Part shown: in pieces, positions 22,186 to 30,959 of the stretch
How positions within the stretch are numbered: position 1 is the first letter of the stretch
How the letters are laid out: each line of letters opens with the position of its first letter
From: an uncultured Planctomycetaceae bacterium
GTDB lineage: Bacteria; Planctomycetota; Planctomycetia; Planctomycetales; Planctomycetaceae
NCBI GenBank assembly: GCA_963813715.1
Contig: CAWFAK010000007.1
Location: forward strand, 1-64,000
Reading direction: 5' to 3'
Length of the DNA stretch: 64,000 nt
Made by a program: the position numbers and the translations under genes
Notes under the pieces: generated by a model
Database searches by the model: none
Told to the model about the DNA's origin: nothing
The model's input: only the letters and a program-made list of their open reading frames with translations

Positions 22186-23584
22186 TTATCTAGTCGCTGC
22201 AGAGTGGTCAGGCGGCTCCCAGGCAATCTTGTCGAAGACCTGTTGGAGTTTCGCCCCCGCTCGCGCTGCGTCATCGCCACATAGGCGATCTTTCCCTGCA
22301 GATGTTCGCGAAAACGCGGGTGGTCGCCGCGGTTTTGCGATTCCGGTCCGAAGCGACAGCAATTGTGCAACGTCGCCTTCAGCCGATCGTATTCGTCGCG
22401 TGGCACGTTGATCCGGCGGTTGACGACCAGCCCCGCGATCGATTGCTGGGCGCCCGACCGCATGACGCGCGTCTTGCGATGCCGAATCGCGAATCCCTCG
22501 TCGAGCACGATTGCGCAGACGAAGACTCGAAAGCGGTGCAGACTCCGCTCGAAATTGGAGTCGCCTGAAAAGATCAAATCGTCGGCATAGCGCGTGTAAT
22601 TCGCATCGACACTGCGTGCCAGTCCCGTCAATCGGCAGTCGAGGCGATAGGCACAGAAGTTCGCCAAAGCCGGCGACGTCGGCGCCCTTGGGGCAGATGC
22701 GGCTGGCGAAAGATCTGCCAGAGTTCGTGTCGGCGACCGGTCGCGTCGTCCGGCAGAAAGAAACTGTCGTCAACTGCGTTCGTGCAGAGCGCGGCCAGCA
22801 ACCTCGCGACTCCTTCGGGATAGCCGAGAGTATGAAACAGCGCATGAATTCGCGATTGCCGAATTCGCGGAAAAAAGTCTCGCAGGTCGATCCGCAGGAC
22901 GACGCGCTGCCCGACATGAGGCGCGGCACAAGTAATTGTCGAACGTTGCGAACGGAACGCGTGCGCGGACGGATGCGGAGGAATGACGCCCAGAATTTCG
23001 CCGAGAATCTGCCGCTGAATCTCCTTCAGCCGCGGCTTGGGGCTTTCGACGAGCCGCTGTCGTCCGCCCGACTTGGCGATCCAGCGGTAGCGATAATGCC
23101 CCAGTTTGCTGTCCGCTGCGCTCCGGCCGTATCGGCGACAACCGGCAAACCAGTCGAGCTGGCTGATGGTAATCCCCAGCCAGTCGGCCAACTCGCCGGC
23201 GGTGACGAGTCCGGGAAGCTCATCCATTCCGACGATCGCCGGCGCCGGAGCCATCTCCGGACGAGGAAGGCCGAGGACATTCGTGACCAACGTCAATTGG
23301 AACTGTTCCAACGGCTCTTGTCGCTGAGCTTTTGCGACGAGACGCTCGATGGCCCGACAAAACTTTCGATCGGCCGCGAGGAAACTCGTGAGCGCGGCGT
23401 GTCGCGGCGTCGGAGGATGCAAGCCGAACCGCGCGAGGACACGGGCAACGAGCGGATCAATCCATCGCGGGGAGCGCGACAGCTCAAAGACCTGCATCAA
23501 ACGGGCGCTGATGCCGGCGCCCGTCCAATCGCCGGCAAGCAAAGCCGTCGCTGCATCACGTGCGATGGAGACCGATGGGAGCAT
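22186..23584 (-). CDS. retron-type reverse transcriptase, ~466 aa after repairing 2 single-base deletions
   Basis: K.GG..R.VESPKPRLK..QR, AHAF, region-X-like CAAPH, DLRDFFP, LPQG(A)PTSP..AN, YTRYADDLIFS, region-Y IAGLVVN; indels in C runs at ~22685-22687 and ~22254-22258. Confidence 0.92.
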
Positions 23585-23591
23585 AAGAACG

Positions 23592-23762
23592 GGGAACGGA
23601 GCGTCTCGCGAAGACTCGTCGGGCGCGAGCAGTACTGCGCCCTCGCGCAGTGACGCTCACGCTGCGAATTGGTCAAAGTCCAGTGGGTTCGTCGGGGTAA
23701 CCCCGACAAGGCGGACACAACCGAAGGCCGGTCGAATCGCCAACCTGAGACGCCCCGCCCCC
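23592..23762 (-). ncRNA. retron msr-msd non-coding RNA
   Basis: a2 (23762-23747) pairs with a1 (23607-23592) over 16/16 nt including 3 G-U; AG follows a2; stems at 23741-23710 and 23707-23691; msd hairpin at 23662-23623. Confidence 0.85.
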
Positions 23763-23769
23763 GACATTG

Positions 23770-23799
23770 ACGCTAAGCCGGCAACCCCACGAGGGTCAA
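23770..23799 (-). promoter_or_regulatory. candidate sigma-70 promoter of the retron
   Basis: TTGACC-N18-TAGCGT, ending 7 nt before a2. Confidence 0.5.
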
Positions 23800-23857
23800 G
23801 CACCCTCTGCAGGCAACTCGTGATGCGGCCCAAAGCGTGCCACCGCACTCAGGCCAG

Positions 23858-23888
23858 GCCGCACCGGGTGCAGGGGCACGCCCCTGCT
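23858..23888 (+). repeat. 31-bp REP-like repeat, copy 1
   Basis: gccgcaccgggtgcaggggcacgcccctgct; identical to 24858-24888. Confidence 0.92.
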
Positions 23889-24633
23889 AGTTTCGGCTGC
23901 CGCCTTGCAGCTTCGACAGCAAGCGGAGGATTTCGAGGTACATCCAGACGAGCGTCACCATCAGGCTGAAGCCGCCGTACCATTCCATGTACTTGGGGGC
24001 CTGCATCTGAACGCCGCGCTCGATGAAGTCGAAGTCCAAAACCAGGTTCAGGGCCGCGATGACCACGACGACCAGGGAGAAGCCGATGCCGATATATCCC
24101 GACTCATGGATGTACGGGATGTGTGCCCCGAAAAACGAGGCGACGATGTCCACCAAATAGACCAGGCAGATGGCGCCGGTCGCCGCCACGACTCCGATTT
24201 TGAATTTCTCCGTCACGCGAATGATGCCCGTCCCGTAAACGAAGAGCATCGTGGCCAACACGCCGACGCTCAGTCCGACGGCCTTGATTGCGATACCGTG
24301 GTAGCGGGCCTCAAAGATCGCGGAAATCGCGCCCAGAACCAGCCCTTCCAGGGCGGCATAAACCGGAGCAGAAAACGGAGACGCCTTCGGCATGAAAATC
24401 GTCAACAGCGCCGTGGCGAATCCGCCGATCGAGCCAACCATCAGCAGCCCGTACGTGAGCGGCGACCCGGCCATTGCCTGAAACCACGTGTAGACGGCCG
24501 TGGCCATCAGGATCATGAGCAGGCCGGCCGTCTTCACCACCGTCCCCTCGAGCGTCATCACCGAGCTCGATTCGAACGCGCGCCCGGCCCGATCGTAAAC
24601 CGCAGTGTTCATCGCCGGATTGGCGGTCGCCAT
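23887..24633 (-). CDS. Bax inhibitor-1/YccA family membrane protein
   Basis: MTLEGTVVKT, PVYAALEGLVLG, NLVLDFDFIE..V...APKYMEWY..FSLMVTLVWMYLEILRLL; about 7 TM. Confidence 0.9.
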   Translation of the reverse strand: MATANPAMNTAVYDRAGRAFESSSVMTLEGTVVKTAGLLMILMATAVYTWFQAMAGSPLTYGLLMVGSIGGFATALLTIFMPKASPFSAPVYAALEGLVLGAISAIFEARYHGIAIKAVGLSVGVLATMLFVYGTGIIRVTEKFKIGVVAATGAICLVYLVDIVASFFGAHIPYIHESGYIGIGFSLVVVVIAALNLVLDFDFIERGVQMQAPKYMEWYGGFSLMVTLVWMYLEILRLLSKLQGGSRN

Positions 24634-24745
24634 AGCTCGTTCTCCGTGGGATTTTCAACAAGTCAACGGTCAGATTAACCAACGCGGCAGCGGAACGGCA
24701 ACGTGGGGTCAAGCGGTCAGGCGAACCACCCAGTCGGTGGTCACC

Positions 24746-24780
24746 CTGGGGGCGGCGAAAACGCCGACCCCAGCCACCCG
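24746..24780 (-). repeat. REP family B palindrome
   Basis: Reverse complement CGGGTGGCTGGGGTCGGCGTTTTCGCCGCCCCCAG; related to 22086-22122. Confidence 0.75.
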
Positions 24781-24841
24781 ACGCCCATCGTCCAGAGCTC
24801 AGCCGCACGCAGAGTCAGCGTGAAGCGGCAAAAGCGCTCCA

Positions 24842-25276
24842 TCAAGCGTCCGGATCAGCCGCACCGGGTGCAGGGGCACGCCCCTGCTGGTGGAATTCGG
24901 GCCAGCGTTGCCAGGCGTAGGTCCACTCCATCCACAGCCGCATCACCGACCAGAGCAGACGCATCCGCGCCAGATGTTCCTGCGGCAGACGCTGCTTGTT
25001 GGCGAACGATTCGCGGGCCGCGTCGGCCAGGTTCCATTGCTCGGCCAGGCTGCGGCAGACGGAATCGGGGGTGAGGTCGTTTTCGGGCGGTTCGCCGGGC
25101 TTGGGTTCTTTCAGCAGATCGGCCCCGTCGGCCATCACAAACAGCTCGAATAGACGGCTGCGGAGCGGATCGAGCTCGAGCGGACGCTGTGTTTCTTCGG
25201 CTTCGCGGACGAGCAGGTCGATCTGCGACAGAATGCTTTTGGCCAGCGACGGCTCGATCGAAGTGGGCACCGACAT
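24842..25276 (-). CDS. conserved-looking hypothetical protein
   Basis: GAGGAGG RBS; LFELFV...LWSVMRLWMEWTYAWQRWPEF; 3' end formed by a repeat. Confidence 0.7.
   Translation of the reverse strand: MSVPTSIEPSLAKSILSQIDLLVREAEETQRPLELDPLRSRLFELFVMADGADLLKEPKPGEPPENDLTPDSVCRSLAEQWNLADAARESFANKQRLPQEHLARMRLLWSVMRLWMEWTYAWQRWPEFHQQGRAPAPGAADPDA
24858..24888 (+). repeat. 31-bp REP-like repeat, copy 2
   Basis: Identical to 23858-23888; lies in the last codons of the 24842-25276 CDS. Confidence 0.92.
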
Positions 25277-25372
25277 GTCAGCCTCCTCAGCCCTCCATCT
25301 TAAGCTTCGAAACAAAGCGAGGACAGGCCCTGGCAGAGCCCGTCCCCGCTTTTTGTCAGCTGAAACTTGCGA

Positions 25373-26483
25373 TTACGGAGTGGCGATTCCGCCGGCGGTG
25401 GACCACGCCGAGTGCGGGAACAGGAAGTAGACGCCGGCAATTGAGCCGGCTTCCACGGCGGCCGCCTCGGTGTTCCACGGAATCTGATAGAAGAGCTTCG
25501 GAGCACATTCGCCCGGGCGATAGAAACCGAGAGGATAGACTCGGCAACAGCAGGGATCGATCGTCATCTGGTACGGGATGCCGATGGACTGCACGGTGAA
25601 TCGCAGGGACGACACGATCGGCTGGATGAAGAACGGCCACGCGTGACCGTAACGCTCCAGGTCCGGATCCTCGAAGTACAGCGGCTGATAGAAGACGTTC
25701 GAGGCCTGCCACGTGTAGGTGCTGGCCGGGAAGACGCGCGGCTCAAACGGCCCATTCGAGAGCTGGACTTCGTTCGGACACTCGGGCCCCTTCCCGTCGG
25801 CGGTCTTGCAAGGCGCGCCGTCCGGACGCGGGCACAAGTTCTGGCACGGATCCTCGGCCGCCACTTTCGGATCCGGCTCGTAATCCAAAAAGGGCATGAT
25901 CTGCGTTACTTTCGGCAGCTGGCTGGGCGTTTTCGACCTGCTCGGCTTCCGGCAGATTATCGGGAATCACACCCGGGCGGGCGGTGCTCGAGTTGAACCG
26001 ACCGGAGAACGGCAGACGCTGACTCGCCTGGGCCATGTACGCGCCGTTGGCGGCCGGTGCCATGTAGGCACCGTTGGTAGCGGGCGTCGGGTAGACGCCG
26101 TTCGGCTGCGGCGCGGGCACCATCTGCGGACGATAGCCGTTGGCCGTTTGCGTGGCGGCAGGCGAAAGGTCCATCGGCTGCTGTGGGCTGGCGACCGGCT
26201 GTTGCGCGTAGCCGGCGTACTGCGGCGTGCCCATCGTCCCCTGAGCGGCAGCCGCCTGCATTTGCTGATTGCGCTGTGCCCAGCGGGTATTCGCGGGAGC
26301 GGCGGCCGGAGCCGGCGGGACATCGCCCGTCGGGAAGTTGGCTGTCACCGCGGGGTCAGCGGCGGCCGGCAGGGGCAGTTGGAACTGTTCGTCGCCGGCA
26401 CGCAGCCCGGTAAGGTCGGCCGCCAGCAACAAAGCCGCGGCCGCTCCGCCCAGCAGCCGGCTAGCCGACTTCGACCGGAGCAT
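25373..26483 (-). CDS. secreted hypothetical protein with PLYFED..LERYG motif (frameshift ~25900)
   Basis: Signal peptide, Pro/Ala/Gln-rich linker, C-terminal [16 protein letters not shown]...[11 protein letters not shown]. Confidence 0.65.
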
Positions 26484-27951
26484 GCTCCGCCGTGTAATTG
26501 GGTGCTTCTTGGGTGATGGCGATGTCATGTGGATGGTTCTCCCTAACCGTTGCCGGCGATACCTGGATGAAGCGCGTTTTGGTTCGCAGTTCATCGATGG
26601 TGCCGACGCCGAGATATCCCATCCCGGCCCTCAGCCCGCCGATCAATTGATACATGAAGGGTCCGAGCGAACCCTTGTAAGCAACGCGGCCTTCAACTCC
26701 TTCGGGCACCAGCTTGCGTGCCCCCCCTTTGACGTCTTCCGAGATTCCTGGCTGGCGATAGCGTTCGCTGCTTCCCTGCACCATCGCGCCCAGCGAACCC
26801 ATTCCTCGATAGCGTTTGTAACTGCGTCCTTGATACAGAATCATTTCGCCCGGACTTTCGTCCAGGCCGGCCAACAACCCGCCCAGCATGACGATCGAGG
26901 CTCCGGCCGCCAGGGCCTTCGTCACGTCGCCGCTGTAGCGAATGCCGCCGTCCGCGATGATCGGCACGTCCGTGTCGGCGGCGGCCTGGGCGGCGTGGGC
27001 GATGGCGGTCAACTGCGGCACTCCGACGCCGGAAATAATCCGCGTCGTACAAATGGAACCGGGGCCGATGCCCACTTTCACCGCGTCGGCACCCGCCCGA
27101 ATCAGGTCACGCGCTCCTTCCGTGGTGGCGACGTTGCCTGCAATCACGTCGATTGTCCAGCGGCTCTTCACGTAACGGATCGTGTCGATCACGTTCCGCG
27201 AATGGCCGTGGGCACTATCGACGACCAGGACATCGACCCCTTTTTCCATCAGGCACGAGATGCGGTCGTAATCGCCAACTCCGACCGCCGCTCCCACCCG
27301 CAGCCGTCCGCGCGGATCCTTGCATGCCAGCGGAAACCGCAGGTTCTTATCGATGTCCTTGATCGTGATCAGACCCTTCAATCGATATTCATCGTCAATC
27401 AGCAAAAGTTTCTCGACTTTGTTTTCCAGGAGGATCCGCTGAGCTTTTGCCAAATCGGTATTTTCGTTGGCGGTTACCAGGTTTTCCTTGGTCATCACTT
27501 CGGAGATTCGCGTCTCCCTCGACTCAAGGAACCGAAGGTCCCTGCGCGTCAAAATCCCCTTAAGTATCCCATCTTTCGTGATGGGGACGCCGCCGATGTT
27601 CCGCTCGTCCATGATCCGAGCCGCTTCGCCCACCGTGGCTTCCGGCGGAAGCGTGACCGGATCGACGATCACGCCGTGCTCGCTCCGCTTCACCCGGTCG
27701 ACCTCGAGGGCCTGCCGCTCGATCGACATGTTCTTGTGAACGACGCCCAGCCCCCCTTCCTGCGCCATGGCGATGGCCATTTCGCTTTCGGTGACCGTAT
27801 CCATGGGGCTGGAAATAATCGGCACATTCAGCCGAATGTTCCGCGTGAGGGGCGAGCTGACGTCCACCTCCGACGGGAGCGATTCGCTGTATGCCGGCTC
27901 CAACAAAACGTCGTCGAACGTCAGGCCGCGATATGCAATGCGATCGTCCAT
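26461..27951 (-). CDS. guaB: IMP dehydrogenase
   Basis: [11 protein letters not shown] pair, [14 protein letters not shown] and [10 protein letters not shown] motifs. Confidence 0.98.
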   Translation of the reverse strand: MDDRIAYRGLTFDDVLLEPAYSESLPSEVDVSSPLTRNIRLNVPIISSPMDTVTESEMAIAMAQEGGLGVVHKNMSIERQALEVDRVKRSEHGVIVDPVTLPPEATVGEAARIMDERNIGGVPITKDGILKGILTRRDLRFLESRETRISEVMTKENLVTANENTDLAKAQRILLENKVEKLLLIDDEYRLKGLITIKDIDKNLRFPLACKDPRGRLRVGAAVGVGDYDRISCLMEKGVDVLVVDSAHGHSRNVIDTIRYVKSRWTIDVIAGNVATTEGARDLIRAGADAVKVGIGPGSICTTRIISGVGVPQLTAIAHAAQAAADTDVPIIADGGIRYSGDVTKALAAGASIVMLGGLLAGLDESPGEMILYQGRSYKRYRGMGSLGAMVQGSSERYRQPGISEDVKGGARKLVPEGVEGRVAYKGSLGPFMYQLIGGLRAGMGYLGVGTIDELRTKTRFIQVSPATVRENHPHDIAITQEAPNYTAEHAPVEVG

Positions 27952-27967
27952 CAGAACCTCCGCGCAG

Positions 27968-28966
27968 TTATGTGTTGGCCGCGGCGGGCAAATCCCCGTC
28001 GGCGACTGTGCCCACGAGCTGAGAAAAGTCGTTCGACAAATTGACCAGTTGAGCGGGAGACAGTTGCTCGGCCCGCGCGTCGGCCTTGAGGCCGTGCGGG
28101 ACCAGCACGTCGTCGATTTGTGTGCGGTTGAGCTGGCGGCGATACATCGAGATCAACACGTTCCGCAATAATTTACGCCGCTGCTGAAAGACTTCGCGGA
28201 GAAATTGGTGCAGGAATTCGCGGTCTTTGATTTTCGCCCGCAACTCGGGATCGGGATCGAGGCGGATCATCGCCGAGGCGACTTTCGGCCGCGGCCAGAA
28301 GACATCGGGCGGCAAGTGCTTAAGCACTTCGAGCCGACACTGCGCCTGCAGCCAGACCGAGAGCGCGCCGTAGTTCGACGTCCCTTGCTTTGCCGCCATC
28401 CGCTGCGCCAGCTCGTACTGAATCGTGACGACCATCCGTTCCCACGGATACTCGCTCGCCAAGAGATTCGAGATGACGGGCGTGGCGACGCCATAGGGCA
28501 GATTGGCGACGAGCTTGAGCCGCTTGATCGGCCCGCTCGAATCCTCTCCCCTCTCCCCTTGCGGGAGAGGGGCCGGGGGTGAGGGGTCCTGCGCCTCCCA
28601 GCCCCCGCTCAATCGCCTCGAGCACGGCCAGCGAAAAGCGATTCTTGTTCTTCAGCACGTCGGACCGATAAGCGTGACGTTCGTGAAGCCAGCCACCGCT
28701 TCCGCCGTCAGCTGCTGCATCCGCGAGTCGACCTCGACGGAAATCACCGCGCCCGCCTGCGCCGCCAGACACGCGGTCAGGCTGCCCGTGCCCGAGCCGA
28801 CTTCCAGCACGAGATCGTCGGGGCCAAGTTCCGCTTGCGCGATGAGGAACTCGAGCAGATTCAGATCGATGAGGAAATTCTGGCCCAGGTCATGTCGCGG
28901 TCTCAGTCCATGGCGCGCGAGCAGCTCGCCGATGTGAGTCCGCGTTTGGCGTACGACCTGGTTCAT
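27968..28966 (-). CDS. rsmA: 16S rRNA adenine dimethyltransferase (frameshifted; contains a repeat insertion)
   Basis: [30 protein letters not shown] and QRRKLLRN motifs; 2 frameshifts. Confidence 0.93.
28548..28586 (-). repeat. DUF559-associated repeat inside the rsmA coding sequence
   Basis: Reverse complement CCCCTCACCCCCGGCCCCTCTCCCGCAAGGGGAGAGGGG. Confidence 0.85.
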
Positions 28967-29611
28967 TTCCCCTGCTGGATTGCGCCCAGATATTTCTGGA
29001 TGTATTTGCCGATGATGTCCGTTTCGAGATTCACACTGTCGCCCGGCTTCCGCACGCCGAGCGTCGTCACTTCTAGGGTGTGCGGCACGAGCGCCACGCT
29101 GAAGCGGCCGCGCTCGACGTTCACGACCGTCAGGCTCACGCCGTCGACCGCGACGGATCCTTTCGGCACGAGCTGAGCGACGAGCGGTTCCGGTGCGCGA
29201 AACCACATCGTGACCCATTCGCCCTCGCGCTCGGAGCGATCGACGTGTCCCACGCCGTCGACATGCCCCTGCACGAAATGTCCGCCGAGCCGCCCGTCAG
29301 CCGGCAACGCCCGCTCGAGATTGACGACGTCGCCGGTTTGAAGCGTGCCAAGATTCGTTTTGGACAGCGTTTCGCTGCCGGCCTGAAAGGCCCACTGCTC
29401 GCCCCTGCCCTTCGAATGCGACCGCCGTCAGGCAGCAGCCGTTGATGCAGACACTCTCGCCCACGCGACCTGCGCCGCCAAAGTCGGCGGGAACGCGAAT
29501 GGTGAGCCGGATCGGTTTGTCGATCGGGGGGAGCGCAGGAGAATCGGGACCGGCCGCATCCGGCCGGACATCGTTCACAACGCCGCGGCCTGCCACCAGC
29601 CCAGTAAACAT
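28963..29611 (-). CDS. ribE: riboflavin synthase alpha chain (frameshifted)
   Basis: MFTGLV, GESVCINGCCLT, GGHFVQGHVDG, KGSVAVDGVSLT and VNLETD motifs. Confidence 0.93.
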
Positions 29612-29756
29612 CAGCACCCTCGGCGCAGAAGACTCACACGAGGAAGCCGGTCAGCCTGAGCATGGCAGCGGCAGGAGACGAAGAGAGTAAGGTGCTCCAT
29701 CGTCCCACTATGGCAAATCAAGCGCGGCGCGTCAATTTCGTCGTGATTCCATTTGG

Positions 29757-29856
29757 GGGTGCCCGGGCGCTTCGCCCCAGCGAAAGCCCCGGAACTTCAC
29801 CTCGACCAACTAGCGCTCAGCAAGAACGGGGGCTTCCGCTACGCGGAGCGCCACCC
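29757..29856. repeat. inverted REP family C doublet
   Basis: gggtgcccgggcgcttcgc..gcgaaagccccggaac (29757-29795) and inverted copy at 29827-29856. Confidence 0.72.
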
Positions 29857-29870
29857 AGGCGCTAGCTAGC

Positions 29871-30179
29871 TCAGCGAACCTTTTCAACTCTTGCCGTTGC
29901 GAAAGGCACAAATTCCGTCGCCGATCTAGACATCTTCGCGAGAGCGAAGGCCGCAGTGAGCCTCGAACGAAAGACGACGGCTTTCTCTCTTGAGACAAGC
30001 ACCAATCGACCCGCAGCTTTTCCTGCCCATGAAGTCTGTCCGTCAAGCGACGTTAATTTGATGGCGAATTGAGGCTTGCCGGTGATCCGCGAGACCGCGC
30101 ATTCGGTGAATGCTGCGATCCATGCAAAGACAAGGGTCGGCAGTGGAACTTGAGGAAGGCCAGTTCGTTCGTCGCTCAT
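29871..30179 (-). CDS. small hypothetical protein
   Basis: Starts MSDER, preceded by TAGCAT-N6-ATG. Confidence 0.4.
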   Translation of the reverse strand: MSDERTGLPQVPLPTLVFAWIAAFTECAVSRITGKPQFAIKLTSLDGQTSWAGKAAGRLVLVSREKAVVFRSRLTAAFALAKMSRSATEFVPFATARVEKVR

Positions 30180-30233
30180 GCTGTCATGCTAGCGGGCATG
30201 AAAGACCCGCCCACGGGAGCTCAACTAAAATGG

Positions 30234-30455
30234 TTAAATGTGAACTCTGACCCGAAGGACCGACTCGCCAAACAGAATGAGGGGCAAATAGACGACGTAG
30301 AAAATCACACCGAGTGTGTCGTTGTGCGGCAGAACGTCCGCTTTGGCGAGCGACCACAGCAGGAGCCAGCTACACAGATAGCCCAATAACGCGATCGTTC
30401 CCCACTTGCGCCATCCCGGCCGCCGCACGACTGTCTTTGCGCGTTCGTCGCTCAT
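30234..30455 (-). CDS. small 2-TM hypothetical protein
   Basis: Starts MSDER, preceded by TAGAAT-N6-ATG; two hydrophobic helices. Confidence 0.6.
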   Translation of the reverse strand: MSDERAKTVVRRPGWRKWGTIALLGYLCSWLLLWSLAKADVLPHNDTLGVIFYVVYLPLILFGESVLRVRVHI

Positions 30456-30520
30456 GCCGGCATTCTAGCACGCAGCAGCGGGTGACCGAGCACACGGAGA
30501 ACGTCGCGCCGCGAGAAGTT

Positions 30521-30549
30521 CACCACGCCCTTGTCAGGGCGTGCCACAC
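30521..30549 (-). repeat. dispersed REP family A copy
   Basis: Reverse complement GTGTGGCACGCCCTGACAAGGGCGTGGTG. Confidence 0.85.
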
Positions 30550-30562
30550 TGCCGAATGTAAG

Positions 30563-30805
30563 TCAAGAGTTTCTCGATCGAAAGTGCCTCAACCCGATGT
30601 GCGCAAGGGCTCCGGTGACTCCGCCAGCCAACCACAAGAGTAGAGCGGCAGCGAGGTAGGCCCCAAATTCATTGTCCTCGCTGGTCGGGCCGTTCAGGTG
30701 GAGGAACAGATTGCCGAGCGGCTGGCTTAGCAGAATGGCGGCCGAGAAAGCGCCGATGAGCGCGCTCAGCATCCACGAGCTCGAGGTGCGTTGTCGCTTG
30801 TTCAT
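30563..30805 (-). CDS. small 2-TM hypothetical protein
   Basis: Two hydrophobic helices. Confidence 0.55.
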   Translation of the reverse strand: MNKRQRTSSSWMLSALIGAFSAAILLSQPLGNLFLHLNGPTSEDNEFGAYLAAALLLWLAGGVTGALAHIGLRHFRSRNS

Positions 30806-30959
30806 GGTCGGTCCCGCCTGCATTCGTCGCGAATGGCAACCATTCTAACAACGCGCATGGATAAGCGGCCCCGTTTCCAGTTCAATCCGACCCCCTCGAG
30901 ACGCTGCACTCCCTCCTGCCCCTCTGCTACAATTCCGCCGCAAAACCAAGGGAGAAACC

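Noticed and set aside
22685..22687. Programmed frameshift or pseudogenisation of the RT
   Set aside because: Same indel pattern as in essential genes across the window; no slippery heptamer seen.
23623..23662. Sequence homology between the msd hairpin and the RAYT REPs
   Set aside because: Only a 6-mer (CGCCCT) is shared, which is expected by chance in GC-rich DNA.
22186..24888. RT as part of a diversity-generating retroelement or group II intron
   Set aside because: The 31-bp repeats are identical with no adenine-specific differences; no Avd or target gene; no maturase domain or intron end motifs seen; motifs and a1/a2 fit a retron.
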